DNA from: Candidatus Omnitrophota bacterium
GTDB lineage: Bacteria > Omnitrophota > Gorgyraeia > Aquiviventales > Aquiviventaceae
NCBI GenBank assembly: GCA_016209275.1
Contig: JACQWM010000053.1
Location: 11,235-75,234, forward strand
Reading direction: 5' to 3'
DNA length: 64,000 nt
Position numbers and translations under genes: made by a program. The notes under the pieces are model-generated. The model saw only the letters and a program-made list of their open reading frames with translations, ran no database searches and was not told where the DNA came from. Below are positions 38,304 to 48,729 of the stretch, piece by piece. Each line of letters begins with the position of its first letter. Within the stretch, counting starts at the first letter, position 1.

Positions 38304-41300
38304 ATGCCCACAGCATACTGTTCAGCGTTTTCGGTAGACCATCCCCGGTTGGTCATTGGCCTGACCGCTGTGATCACGCTGCTCTTCGGCGCGCAGTTTT
38401 CGAAGATCACCGTCGACACGGACCCCAAGCACATGCTCCCCGCGACCTCACCGGTGCGGCAGTACAACGACCAGGTCGAGCGGGAGTTTGTCCTGCATCC
38501 GGATGTCATCGTGCTGGGCATCGTCACCCCACCACCTGCAGCAGCGCCAGGCGTGATCAATCCGCGCACGCTCAAGACGGTCGCGGAGCTGACCCGCGCT
38601 ATTCAGCGGATTCCTGGGGTCATCTCGCGTGACGTGGACAGCCTGACCAGCGTGGACAACGTGACTTCAGTGAATGGCGAGCTCGTCGTCAAACCCGCCG
38701 TGGGAGACATTCCGCAATCTGAGCGAGAGCTGCTCCAACTTCGGGAGTCATTGCTTGGCAATCCCCTGTTAGTCAACCGTCTGATATCGGCTGATGCCAC
38801 CGCTACGGCGATCTTCATCCCCATTGAACCCACGGCGAATGGCAAGGTGGTGGCGGACAAGATCCGCGCCCTGCTTCCGAAAGCGCCAGACGGTGAGCAG
38901 TTTTACCTTGCCGGCGATCCGGTGGCCCGCGACACCTTCGGCGCCGAGATGTTTCGGCAGATGGCCCTCTTTTCGCCGATCGCCGGGATGGTCATGTGCG
39001 TGGCCCTCTGGCTGATGTTCCGCAGCGGGACGGTGATTTTGGCGAACATGAGTGTGGCGATGATCAGCATCATCTGGAGCCTGGGCGGCTTGATCGGGTT
39101 AGGGTATCCCGTGCACATCATGAGCTCCATGAGCCCGGTCTTTCTGATGGCGATCGCCACGGATGCGGTCCACATCTTTAACGAGTTTGCTTTTCAAGTT
39201 CGAGAGATCAAGGACAAGCGCCGAGCCGTCTTGGAAACGATGGCGGTGGTCGGGGGGCCGGTGTTCTACTCCGATGTCACGACGGCGGTGGGCTTCGCCG
39301 CGCTGGCTAGCGGCGCCATTATTCCAGTCAAGATCTTCGGCCTCGTCGTGGGCTTCGGCACCATGGTCATTCTGCTCATGAGCTACACCCTCGTACCGGC
39401 GCTCCTCATGCTGATGTCGAATGAACGCATGACGAAGATGACGCGGCCACAGACGGCAACGAGCCGTTCGTCGTTTCAGTGGCTATCACGCCTGGGCGAG
39501 TTCTGCGTGCGCAGGACGAAGGCGATTCTCTTGGCAGGCCTGGGATTGTTCGTCGTGGCCGCAATCGGTCTGGCGCGCATTCATGTCAACAACAACATGG
39601 TGCACTGGTTCAAGTTCCACAGCGTCGTGAGGACGGCCGACCGGGTGCTGAATGAGCGCTTAGGAGGCACGTCAACCGCCTATCTGGTCGTGCAAGCACG
39701 CACAGAGGGAGCGATGGGAGAGCCGGCGATGCTGCGCCAGATTGAGGGCCTCCAACGGGAGCTGGAGCGCGATCCCTTGGTTGGCAACACCCTCTCCGTC
39801 GCCGATTACCTCAAGCGGGTCAATCGAGTGCTGCACGATGACGATGCGGCCTTCGAGCGCATCGCGGCGTCCGCCCGCGAGGCCGGCCAATACCTGTTCC
39901 TCTTGCAGTCCGCCGCCAAACCGCGCCACCTTGATAACGTCGTCGATTTCTCGCTCCAGCAGGCGAACATCCTCCTCCAACTGAAAAGCTGGGATGCCGG
40001 GGTGATGGAACAGGTGATGGCTCGCACACAGGCGTACCTGGCTCAGCATCCCCTCCCTGATGAGGCCATCGTGAAACCCGCCGGCATCGCCTACTTCAAC
40101 ATGGTCTGGAACCATGAAGTGCTCTGGGGGATGCTCATGAGCTTCCTCTGGGGGCTCGCACTGGTCTTTATCCTCTTGATGATTGAAACCCGGTCGTTCT
40201 TCTGGGGGATCGTGAGCTTCCTGCCGCTGTTATTCACGATCGCCGTGATCTACGGGGTCGTCGGGTTCATCGGCAAGGATTTCGACATGCCGGTGGCGGT
40301 CCTCTCCACGCTCTCCCTCGGCATGGCCATTGATTTCGCGATCCACTTTGTCGGCCGCTTCCAGCAACGGTACCGGGAGCAGCCGGATCTTTCGGCGGCG
40401 CTCGTCTGGACCGTGACTCGACCGGGGAAGGGCATTTTTCTCAATGCGATCCTGTTTGCGCTGGGGTTTGCCGTGATGGCCTTCGCGGACCTCACCCCGT
40501 ACATCACCGTGGGCGTCTTCATGGCGGCGATCATGGTTCTCTCTTCGGTCATGAGCGTCATCTACCTGCCGGCGTTGATCCAGCTGTTGAAGCGCGTGTT
40601 GCTCAAAGGGGGTGGGATGAAACCTGTCACGTCGATGCTGCTGGTGCTGTTGCTGTCTGCTGGCGTGTGGAGGCCTCGCGCGGCTCAGGCCGCCGAACCC
40701 CCTAGCGGTCGCTCCATCATGGAGCAGACGCTCCTCGCCTACTACTACTCAGGCAAGGATGCCAAGGAAGAGGTGCTCATGCGGATCGTGAACCGCCAGG
40801 GTCAGGCACGGAAACGCCGCCTGACGCTGTTGCGCAGGGATCAGACCGACGGGGGCGAGCAGTCCTATTACCTTTACTTTCATGAGCCCGCCGATGTGGA
40901 GGGGATGAGCTTCCTCGTCGAAAAGCACCCAGGGCGGGATGATGACCGCTGGCTCTATCTGCCGGCTATTGATTTGGTCAAACGGATCGCCACGTCTGAC
41001 AAGCGCACCAGCTTCGCCGGCTCCGATTTCACCTACGAGGATGTGTCCGGCCGGGATCTTGACGAGGATGCGCATGAGGTCGTGGGCGAGGAAGCGCTCG
41101 GCGAGCATGCCGCGTTCGTGGTCAAGAGCACGCCAAAACGTCCAGAGGGGGTGGAGTTTAGCTACCGCAAATTTTGGATCGACAAGGCCACGCACCTGCC
41201 GCTGAAGGTGGAGCATTACGATCTTCAGGGCGCGCTGTACAAGGTCTACGAGACGCAGGAGATCCAGACGATCCAAGGCACGCCCACGATCACGAAGGCG

Positions 41301-41432
41301 GTGATGAAGGATCTGGGAAACGCGCGGTTCACGGAGATGGCGCTGCACGCGGTGTCCTACGACATGGGACTCTCAGCCGATGTCTTTCAAGAACGCAGCC
41401 TGCGCAGGCCGCCGGCGCAGTGGATCCGCTAG
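38304..41432 (+). CDS. MMPL/RND-superfamily exporter fused in-frame to a C-terminal LolA-like (outer-membrane lipoprotein-sorting-like) periplasmic domain
   Basis: 12-TM MMPL topology with two large periplasmic loops (~780 aa); then a signal-peptide-like hydrophobic segment MKPVTSMLLVLLLSAGVWRPRAAQA and a ~250-aa soluble domain resembling LolA-like proteins; single uninterrupted ORF. Confidence 0.65.
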   Translation: MPTAYCSAFSVDHPRLVIGLTAVITLLFGAQFSKITVDTDPKHMLPATSPVRQYNDQVEREFVLHPDVIVLGIVTPPPAAAPGVINPRTLKTVAELTRAIQRIPGVISRDVDSLTSVDNVTSVNGELVVKPAVGDIPQSERELLQLRESLLGNPLLVNRLISADATATAIFIPIEPTANGKVVADKIRALLPKAPDGEQFYLAGDPVARDTFGAEMFRQMALFSPIAGMVMCVALWLMFRSGTVILANMSVAMISIIWSLGGLIGLGYPVHIMSSMSPVFLMAIATDAVHIFNEFAFQVREIKDKRRAVLETMAVVGGPVFYSDVTTAVGFAALASGAIIPVKIFGLVVGFGTMVILLMSYTLVPALLMLMSNERMTKMTRPQTATSRSSFQWLSRLGEFCVRRTKAILLAGLGLFVVAAIGLARIHVNNNMVHWFKFHSVVRTADRVLNERLGGTSTAYLVVQARTEGAMGEPAMLRQIEGLQRELERDPLVGNTLSVADYLKRVNRVLHDDDAAFERIAASAREAGQYLFLLQSAAKPRHLDNVVDFSLQQANILLQLKSWDAGVMEQVMARTQAYLAQHPLPDEAIVKPAGIAYFNMVWNHEVLWGMLMSFLWGLALVFILLMIETRSFFWGIVSFLPLLFTIAVIYGVVGFIGKDFDMPVAVLSTLSLGMAIDFAIHFVGRFQQRYREQPDLSAALVWTVTRPGKGIFLNAILFALGFAVMAFADLTPYITVGVFMAAIMVLSSVMSVIYLPALIQLLKRVLLKGGGMKPVTSMLLVLLLSAGVWRPRAAQAAEPPSGRSIMEQTLLAYYYSGKDAKEEVLMRIVNRQGQARKRRLTLLRRDQTDGGEQSYYLYFHEPADVEGMSFLVEKHPGRDDDRWLYLPAIDLVKRIATSDKRTSFAGSDFTYEDVSGRDLDEDAHEVVGEEALGEHAAFVVKSTPKRPEGVEFSYRKFWIDKATHLPLKVEHYDLQGALYKVYETQEIQTIQGTPTITKAVMKDLGNARFTEMALHAVSYDMGLSADVFQERSLRRPPAQWIR

Positions 41433-42726
41433 GAGGTCCATCGTCGTCGGCGCTGGCCTCGCCGCTGTTGGGCTCTGGCTGTTCCCAGCACGCGTGCGGG
41501 CCGGCGGACAGCTCCCAGATCTCCACGGGTTTGTCGAAGCGGTCTATGGCCCGAAGTTCCTCGGGGATGAGCGCACGCAGAAGGACGAGTTCAACGTCTT
41601 GGAGCAGCGCTTTCAATTAAAAGCCGCCTGGCGGCCGCCCCGCTCAGCACCGTTGGCCTCGTGGAACCCTGAAGTTTTCTACAAAGGGGATCTGGTCGTT
41701 GATGAGTACGACGAAGCCCTCCGCTACAAGATCCGTGAGGCGCATGTCTCGGCCAGCCCCTTGGCTTGGCTGGATGTCAAGCTGGGCCGGCAGATTCTCA
41801 CCTGGGGAACCGGCGATCTGCTCTTCATCAACGATGTCTTTCCGAAAGATTTTGTCTCCTTCTTTATCGGCAGGGATGATGAATATCTCAAGATGCCTTC
41901 TGATGCGGCGAAGCTCTCTTTCTTTAGTCCCTGGGCTTCGCTCGATCTGATCCTCATCCCCTTCTTTACGCCTGACACCCCCATCACCGGCAACGGCTTA
42001 AGCTTCTTTGACAGCCTCCTTGGCCGTCTGGCCGGGAAGGAGTCGAATCGCCTGTTAACGGAGCCATCGTTCCAGCCGAAGAACACCGAGATCGCCGGTC
42101 GGGTCAGCCGAATCATTGGCGGCTATGAAGTCGCCGGGTATGCGTTCCGAGGATTCTTCAAGCAAGCCATGGGCATCAAGAACCAGGATGCCCGGGAGCT
42201 GTTCTATCCGGAGCTTGCGGTCTACGGGGCGAGCCTCCGGGGCCCTGTTCCAGCGATTGGCGGCATCACCTATGGCGAGATCGGCTACGACGACTCGCTG
42301 GAGGATCGCAGCGGCAAGAACCGCCTGATTGAAAATGCCTTGATGAAATACCTCGCAGGCTATGAGCGCGATTTTCCAAACGATCTTCGCATTGGGCTCC
42401 AATATTACGTCGAGCAGATGCTGGACTTCGATCAGTTCACGGCCGGCTTCCTGCCCGGGGATGTGCCGCGTGATCAGTTCCGAGAACTTGTGACGTGTCG
42501 GATCACCAAGCTGTTCTGGATGCAGACGCTTGAGGCCTCTTTCTTCGTCTTGTACTCACCGACCGACGAGGACGCGCACCTGCGCCCCCGGCTGACGTGG
42601 CAGGTCAATGATCAGTGGAAGGCCACCATCGGGGCCAACGTCTTCTTCGGCACGCATGACTGGACCGAGTTCGGGCAGCTTGAAGATAACGATAATCTGT
42701 ATGTGAGAGTGCGGTACAGTTTCTGA
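41380..42726 (+). CDS. DUF1302-like putative outer-membrane beta-barrel protein
   Basis: Signal peptide; beta-rich; C-terminal ...YVRVRYSF (terminal Phe typical of OMPs); partner of the RND/LolA-like gene. Confidence 0.5.
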   Translation: MSFKNAACAGRRRSGSARRSIVVGAGLAAVGLWLFPARVRAGGQLPDLHGFVEAVYGPKFLGDERTQKDEFNVLEQRFQLKAAWRPPRSAPLASWNPEVFYKGDLVVDEYDEALRYKIREAHVSASPLAWLDVKLGRQILTWGTGDLLFINDVFPKDFVSFFIGRDDEYLKMPSDAAKLSFFSPWASLDLILIPFFTPDTPITGNGLSFFDSLLGRLAGKESNRLLTEPSFQPKNTEIAGRVSRIIGGYEVAGYAFRGFFKQAMGIKNQDARELFYPELAVYGASLRGPVPAIGGITYGEIGYDDSLEDRSGKNRLIENALMKYLAGYERDFPNDLRIGLQYYVEQMLDFDQFTAGFLPGDVPRDQFRELVTCRITKLFWMQTLEASFFVLYSPTDEDAHLRPRLTWQVNDQWKATIGANVFFGTHDWTEFGQLEDNDNLYVRVRYSF

Positions 42727-42751
42727 CGCCAATGAAGAAGGTTGTGGCGTT

Positions 42752-43252
42752 TTGACCATGAGGCAAAAGGTTGTTCTTCAGCCAATCGGCAGGGTGCGCG
42801 GCAACGCACTTCAGATTCACAAACGCTGGGCGCAAGGGCTCGAAGGCATCGAGCAGTTCTCCCACGTCGTTGTTCTGTTCTGGCTGCATCAGGCGAAGAA
42901 GCCTGAGCTGAAGATTCATCCCAAGGGCTTCAAGGAACTACCGAGGATTGGATTCCTGGCTACGAGGACGCCGCACCGGCCTAACCCGATTGGCTTGACG
43001 GTGGTGAGGCTGTTAAAACGACGAGGCTCACGGCTTTGGGTAGAAGGTTTGGATGCATGGAATGGCACCCCCATCTTGGACATCAAACCGTACACGAAGA
43101 AAGAATCCGTCAGGCAGTTCAGAATTCCTGCGTGGGTGCGTCAGTTGGACAAGCTTGAGACGGATCCCAATTGCGTGGGGGGGTGCTTGGGCGATGTGGA
43201 CCAGTGCATGGTGGATCGACGCGTGTTGAGCAAGCAGGGGATCCGGCGCTGA
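42752..43252 (+). CDS. trmO: tRNA (adenine37-N6)-methyltransferase TrmO (YaeB/TsaA family)
   Basis: RPNPIGLTVVRL...GTPILDIKPY family signature. Confidence 0.75.
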   Translation: MTMRQKVVLQPIGRVRGNALQIHKRWAQGLEGIEQFSHVVVLFWLHQAKKPELKIHPKGFKELPRIGFLATRTPHRPNPIGLTVVRLLKRRGSRLWVEGLDAWNGTPILDIKPYTKKESVRQFRIPAWVRQLDKLETDPNCVGGCLGDVDQCMVDRRVLSKQGIRR

Positions 43253-43270
43253 TTTTTTGTCACCTGCGAT

Positions 43271-43286
43271 ATCCGCATAGGCGGAT
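43271..43286. promoter_or_regulatory. perfect 6-4-6 palindrome ATCCGC-ATAG-GCGGAT just upstream of acr3 start (candidate ArsR/SmtB-type operator)
   Basis: Seen directly in the sequence 16-31 nt upstream of the ATG. Confidence 0.35.
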
Positions 43287-43301
43287 GAGAGGGTGGGACT
43301 G

Positions 43302-44342
<1,041 letters not shown>

Positions 44343-44364
44343 GGTAAGGGTAGGTAGTAAGTAA

Positions 44365-44390
44365 GGTGACAGTCACTTTTGGGGACAGGC
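44365..44390. repeat. REP-like palindrome GGTGACAGTCAC + GGGGAC flanking the RAYT 3' end
   Basis: GGTGAC-A-GTCAC perfect palindrome followed by GGGGACAGGC. Confidence 0.6.
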
Positions 44391-44990
44391 ATTTTTGGCT
44401 GGGCGGCGCTGGAACAAATAGGCCGGTCCTCCGATGGCCGTGGCGGCGCTGAAGATGAACCTCGCGGTCTCGGAGGAATAGTCGATGGCAGACAGCGAGG
44501 GCGGGAGTGCTGGCGGCAGATAGGGATCGAGCAGCTCGTCGGGAACCCCAAGATGGTAATGCCGGTAGCTACTGTGCGGGTAAGCCGCCGGTTCCTTGCA
44601 GAGGCCTGCCCGAATAGGGTTGAACTCCACGTACGTTCCGCACGCGGTAAGATACTCCTCACTTTCGATCGGCAAACTTTTGTATCGTTCCCTCCAGAGC
44701 GGGCCTTTCCATCCATATTTCCTACGCATCCAAATCGTGTACCTCCACTTGAGCTGGGCCAGGTGCGCTGAGAGGGCGTGTTGGGTTGTCGCCTGAAGGA
44801 CGAAGTGGAAGTGCGTGTGCATGATCACGTAGTGAAACAGGCGGAGGGGAAAGTCGCGTTTCGCCTGCTGCTGCAGCTTGCGGAAGCGGGAGAAGTCTTC
44901 AGGGTCCCTGAAGATATGGGTTTGATTGATGGAACGAGAGATGACGTGGTAGTACCCGTTGTCCTGAATGAATCGGGCAGTTCGTGGCAT
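44373..44990 (-). CDS. REP-associated tyrosine transposase (RAYT; IS200/IS605-like HUH Y1 transposase)
   Basis: YHVISRS..., HUH motif HTHFHFVL, catalytic Tyr region; flanked by palindromic REP-like sequences. Confidence 0.75.
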   Translation of the reverse strand: MPRTARFIQDNGYYHVISRSINQTHIFRDPEDFSRFRKLQQQAKRDFPLRLFHYVIMHTHFHFVLQATTQHALSAHLAQLKWRYTIWMRRKYGWKGPLWRERYKSLPIESEEYLTACGTYVEFNPIRAGLCKEPAAYPHSSYRHYHLGVPDELLDPYLPPALPPSLSAIDYSSETARFIFSAATAIGGPAYLFQRRPAKNACPQK

Positions 44991-45010
44991 CCGGTCCTCA
45001 ACTCGATGTC

Positions 45011-45047
45011 TGTCCCCGGCGGTGACTGTCACCAGTGGGGACGGCCG
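45011..45047. repeat. REP-like palindrome GTCCCCggcGGTGACTGTCACCagtGGGGAC flanking the RAYT 5' end
   Basis: GGTGAC-T-GTCACC core with CCCC/GGGG outer arms. Confidence 0.6.
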
Positions 45048-45052
45048 TTTCC

Positions 45053-46576
45053 TTACCAAAGTTGACGATCGAGGCTGCGATACTGGATCGCTTCGGCCAG
45101 ATGCTCAGGGAGAATCTCCTCCGACGCGGCCAGATCCGCGATCGTCCGGGCGATTTTAAGGAGCTTGCCGTAGGAGCGGGCCGAGACCCCCAGCTCCTGC
45201 AGCGCGGATTTCAGCAGCGCGGCAGCCTGCAGGCTGAGCGGGCAGGCGTTCGCCAAGTCGCGGTGGCGCAGCTGCGCGTTGCAGGCCACGCCAAGCGGTC
45301 TCAAGCGCTTCCGGGCTCGCCGCCTCGCGGCCACCACGCGCGCCTTGATCGCTTGCGATGATTCTCCGTCGGCCGGATGCGTGAGCGTCTCAAACCGCAC
45401 CGCCGGCACTTCCACGTGCAGGTCGATGCGATCCAGCAGCGGGCCGGAAATCTTCGCCAGGTACTGCGCCACTTTGTGGGACGGGCAGCGGCACCGCCGC
45501 CTGGGATCGGTGAGGTAGCCGCACGGACACGGATTCATCGCGGCCACGAGCAGAAACCGCGCGGGAAAGGTGACTGAGCGTTTCGCGCGCGCGACGCTGA
45601 TCACGCCGTCCTCGAGCGGCTGCCGCAAACTCTCCAAGGCGTCTCGATGGAACTCCGGCAGCTCATCCAGAAACAAGACTCCATGGTGCGCGAGCGACAC
45701 TTCGCCGGGCTTGGGGGTCGCCCCGCCGCCGACCAGGGCCACGGCCGAGGTGGTATGATGCGGCGCGCGGAACGGCCGCTGCGCGATGAGCGGCGCCTCA
45801 TGCAGCAACCCCGCCACGCTGTGAATCGCGGTGGCTTCCAACGCCTCATCCAGCGAGAGGTCCGGCTCGATGGTGGCCATGCGCTGGGCGAGCATGGTCT
45901 TGCCGGAGCCGGGCGGGCCGATCAGCAGCGCATGATGGCCGCCGGCCACGGCGACTTCCAACGCGCGCTTGACGTGCGCCTGGCCGCGGACATCGGCGAA
46001 ATCGACCGGATAGCGTGCGGGCGCGCGGAGCGCTCGGCGTGACGCTGAAGGCGCTGGGGCAGCGGCACTCGGCGCGGAGAGCCAGGCGACCGCCTCGGTC
46101 AGCGACGCCACCGGCACGACGTGAAGGCCGCCGATGAGGCGGGCTTCTTGGGCATTGGCCCTCGGCACCATCAACGGCCGTCGGTTGTGGCGCAGTGCCA
46201 GCGCAATCGGCAAGACTCCGGGCACGGCGCGCACGCTGCCATCCAACGCGAGCTCTCCCATCGCCATCAGCGAGGCCACCCGATGAGGATCGGCTTGCCC
46301 TGTGGCCGCAAGCATCCCTAAGGCCATCGCCAAATCAAAAATGCCGCCCTCCTTTTTGACATCCGCCGGGGCGAGGTTGATGGTGAGCCTTGAAGAGGGC
46401 AGCTGATATTGGCTATTGAGGATGGCCGCGCGGATGCGCTCTTTGGCTTCTTTCACCGCCTGATCCGGCAAACCGATGATGGAGAAAGTGGGCAGCCCGC
46501 GCGCGGCATCGACCTCCACGTCGACCGCAACGGCGTGCAAGCCCAGTGTCGTATACGATGTGGTGCGCGCGAGCAT
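45053..46576 (-). CDS. comM: YifB/ComM-family Mg-chelatase-like AAA+ ATPase
   Basis: N-terminal Lon-like domain; Walker A GPPGSGKT; Zn-ribbon-like CPCGY...CRC. Confidence 0.85.
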   Translation of the reverse strand: MLARTTSYTTLGLHAVAVDVEVDAARGLPTFSIIGLPDQAVKEAKERIRAAILNSQYQLPSSRLTINLAPADVKKEGGIFDLAMALGMLAATGQADPHRVASLMAMGELALDGSVRAVPGVLPIALALRHNRRPLMVPRANAQEARLIGGLHVVPVASLTEAVAWLSAPSAAAPAPSASRRALRAPARYPVDFADVRGQAHVKRALEVAVAGGHHALLIGPPGSGKTMLAQRMATIEPDLSLDEALEATAIHSVAGLLHEAPLIAQRPFRAPHHTTSAVALVGGGATPKPGEVSLAHHGVLFLDELPEFHRDALESLRQPLEDGVISVARAKRSVTFPARFLLVAAMNPCPCGYLTDPRRRCRCPSHKVAQYLAKISGPLLDRIDLHVEVPAVRFETLTHPADGESSQAIKARVVAARRRARKRLRPLGVACNAQLRHRDLANACPLSLQAAALLKSALQELGVSARSYGKLLKIARTIADLAASEEILPEHLAEAIQYRSLDRQLW

Positions 46577-46728
46577 GATGCCTCCATGGGGTTCAATGGT
46601 CCGGTGAATGCGAGGAAGGGCGGAGCTGGAAGCGGCGCGGCGAGGTTGAAAAAGCGCTTGTCTTTTGCGACGTCCGGAGTATACTAAACGCTAACACAAT
46701 TGCCTTCCGACGGTCAAGGAGATTCCCC

Positions 46729-47337
46729 ATGACATCTACGGCAAGTCGTCTATTGGTCATCGGATTAGCGCTGCTCGCCCTCAGCAGTTTATGGCACGCC
46801 TGGTCTGTTGAAGGCGACCGGCGGCGCCTGGCCAAGGCGAATCAGGAGATTGCGAAACAGCTACAGGAGCTGGAAGCCGAACGCGCGCAGCTCAACGAGG
46901 CGTTGACCAAGGCCGCGCAGACGATTGAAGGGCAAGCCGGCGATCTCGCCGGCTACCGTCATGAGCTGGAACTGGCACAGCAGCGCCTCACACGCGCCGC
47001 TGTGGAATTGGCGTCCCTCAAACAGGAGCAGGATGCGCTGCTCTCAAAGAACGTCGCCCTCACGAACGACCTGAATGCCGTCAGCGCGCAAAAGCAGCAG
47101 TTGGAAGCGAAGCTCTCCGATCTCCGAGCGCTTCGGCTGGCCATCCGCGACGTCAAGCACAAGATCTGGGAGCAGCGGTTTGCGGCTTGGCGGATGCGCA
47201 TGCAAGCCGAGCGAGAAGCCGACCGGCAGCGGCTGGCCATAGGCAATCGCGGCTACCTCGTGCGGGATGGCGCCTCGACGATGATTGGAGACACTCCGCG
47301 ACGGCATGTGCACGTGCTGGAGCCGCAAGCGCAGTAA
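46729..47337 (+). CDS. hypothetical membrane-anchored coiled-coil protein
   Basis: N-terminal TM LLVIGLALLALSSLW followed by ~150 aa of coiled-coil heptads. Confidence 0.4.
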   Translation: MTSTASRLLVIGLALLALSSLWHAWSVEGDRRRLAKANQEIAKQLQELEAERAQLNEALTKAAQTIEGQAGDLAGYRHELELAQQRLTRAAVELASLKQEQDALLSKNVALTNDLNAVSAQKQQLEAKLSDLRALRLAIRDVKHKIWEQRFAAWRMRMQAEREADRQRLAIGNRGYLVRDGASTMIGDTPRRHVHVLEPQAQ

Positions 47338-47346
47338 CGCGTTCGC

Positions 47347-47793
47347 ATGCTGGCCATCTTGAACGCCTGGGGGGCGAATCAGGCGTTTTGCTCGTGGCTG
47401 CTCGCGTGCGTGATTTCGCAAGCGATCAAGATGGCGCTCGGAGTCATTCGCCTGAAGCGGTTTGATTTTCGCTGGCTCATCGGCACCGGGGGCATGCCCA
47501 GCACCCATGCCGCCGGGGTATGCGCGCTGTCCACCTCCATCGGGTTCCTCCAAGGATTTGATTCCCCCCTCTTCGCGGCTGCGGCGGCCTTCACGGTCAT
47601 TACGCTCTTCGATGCCCAAGGGGTTCGCCGGTGGAGTGGACGGCAAGCCCAAGTCCTGAATAAGATGATGGAAGATATGTATTTTAAGCGGCGGATTCAG
47701 GAACAACGGTTGAAGGAGCTGCTCGGCCATACGCCCCTCGAAGTCTTGGCCGGGGCGGGGCTGGGCATTGCGACCGCGATGGTCTTGCGGTGA
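47347..47793 (+). CDS. divergent PAP2 (DUF212/YuiD) family membrane protein
   Basis: Signature GGMPSTHAA. Confidence 0.6.
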   Translation: MLAILNAWGANQAFCSWLLACVISQAIKMALGVIRLKRFDFRWLIGTGGMPSTHAAGVCALSTSIGFLQGFDSPLFAAAAAFTVITLFDAQGVRRWSGRQAQVLNKMMEDMYFKRRIQEQRLKELLGHTPLEVLAGAGLGIATAMVLR

Positions 47794-47811
47794 TCGGAGA
47801 GGGAGCTAAGG

Positions 47812-48723
47812 ATGATGCGTCGTCGAATCGTGGTGGCGGTTGTCGCAGCGGGAGTCGCTCTGGCAGTGATCGGGCTGCTCATGGTCGCCGGCCAGCAGGG
47901 ATGGTTTGGCGGCAAGCCCAAGCGCCTTTTAGCGCGGGGCCTGCACGCGCAGCAAGCCGGGCAGTGGCCTGAGGCGCAGAAAAATTTCGAGGAGCTCATT
48001 GCCACCTACCCCGATGCGCCGTGGACGGATCAAGCCCTGCTGGGATTGGGGCAGGTGTACGAAGCCCAGCAGCAATGGGTGGAAGCCCGCGCGACCTACC
48101 AGCGGCTGGTGGAGCAATTTCCGAATTCGCGCCTGATGTCGGCGACCCAGAGCCGCTTGGGCCATGTGAATGTTTCGCTGCTGTTTTCTCCCACCCTGAC
48201 CGATTTGGATCGGGAGTATGAGGTGCAGCCCGGCGACTCGCTCGGAAAAATCGCCGCCGCGAACAGCACGACGGTGGAATTGTTGCGCAAGGCGAATAAT
48301 CTCAAGAGCGATGTGATCCGCCCGCGGCAGAAATTGAAAGTGCCGAAAGGCAAATTCAGCATTGTCGTCGACAAATCCCAGAATGAGCTGCTGCTGACAG
48401 AAGAGGACCGCTTCGTCAAGAGCTATGTGATCGCCACCGGCAAGGACAACTCCACACCGGTGGGCGCGTTTAAGATCGTGACAAAGATTCCGAATCCCGT
48501 CTGGTATAAGCAGGGGGCGGTGGTGCCCCCGGAGAGCCCGGAAAATATCCTTGGCACGCGGTGGCTGGGGCTGAATAAGCAAGGCTACGGCATCCACGGC
48601 TCGGTCGATCCGGCGGCGCTGGGCAAGCAGGTGACCGCCGGCTGCGTGCGGATGGCCAATCATGACGTCGAGGAGCTCTTCGGGATCGTGCCGGTTGGCA
48701 CCGATGTGACGATTGTCGATTGA
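47812..48723 (+). CDS. L,D-transpeptidase with LysM and TPR-like N-terminal region
   Basis: LysM (YEVQPGDSLGKIAA); YkuD catalytic GYGIHGS...TAGCVRM. Confidence 0.75.
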   Translation: MMRRRIVVAVVAAGVALAVIGLLMVAGQQGWFGGKPKRLLARGLHAQQAGQWPEAQKNFEELIATYPDAPWTDQALLGLGQVYEAQQQWVEARATYQRLVEQFPNSRLMSATQSRLGHVNVSLLFSPTLTDLDREYEVQPGDSLGKIAAANSTTVELLRKANNLKSDVIRPRQKLKVPKGKFSIVVDKSQNELLLTEEDRFVKSYVIATGKDNSTPVGAFKIVTKIPNPVWYKQGAVVPPESPENILGTRWLGLNKQGYGIHGSVDPAALGKQVTAGCVRMANHDVEELFGIVPVGTDVTIVD

Positions 48724-48729
48724 GCGGGG

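Noticed and set aside
40600-40640. Whether the 1042-aa MMPL::LolA-like ORF is really two genes (RND + secreted LolA-like) split by a missed stop or frameshift.
   Set aside because: No stop codon exists in the frame, so it is kept as one fused CDS. The junction should be resequenced, so this is not fully excluded.
43253-43262. T-run after trmO (GCTGATTTTTTGT) as an intrinsic terminator.
   Set aside because: No convincing GC-rich stem precedes the T-tract.
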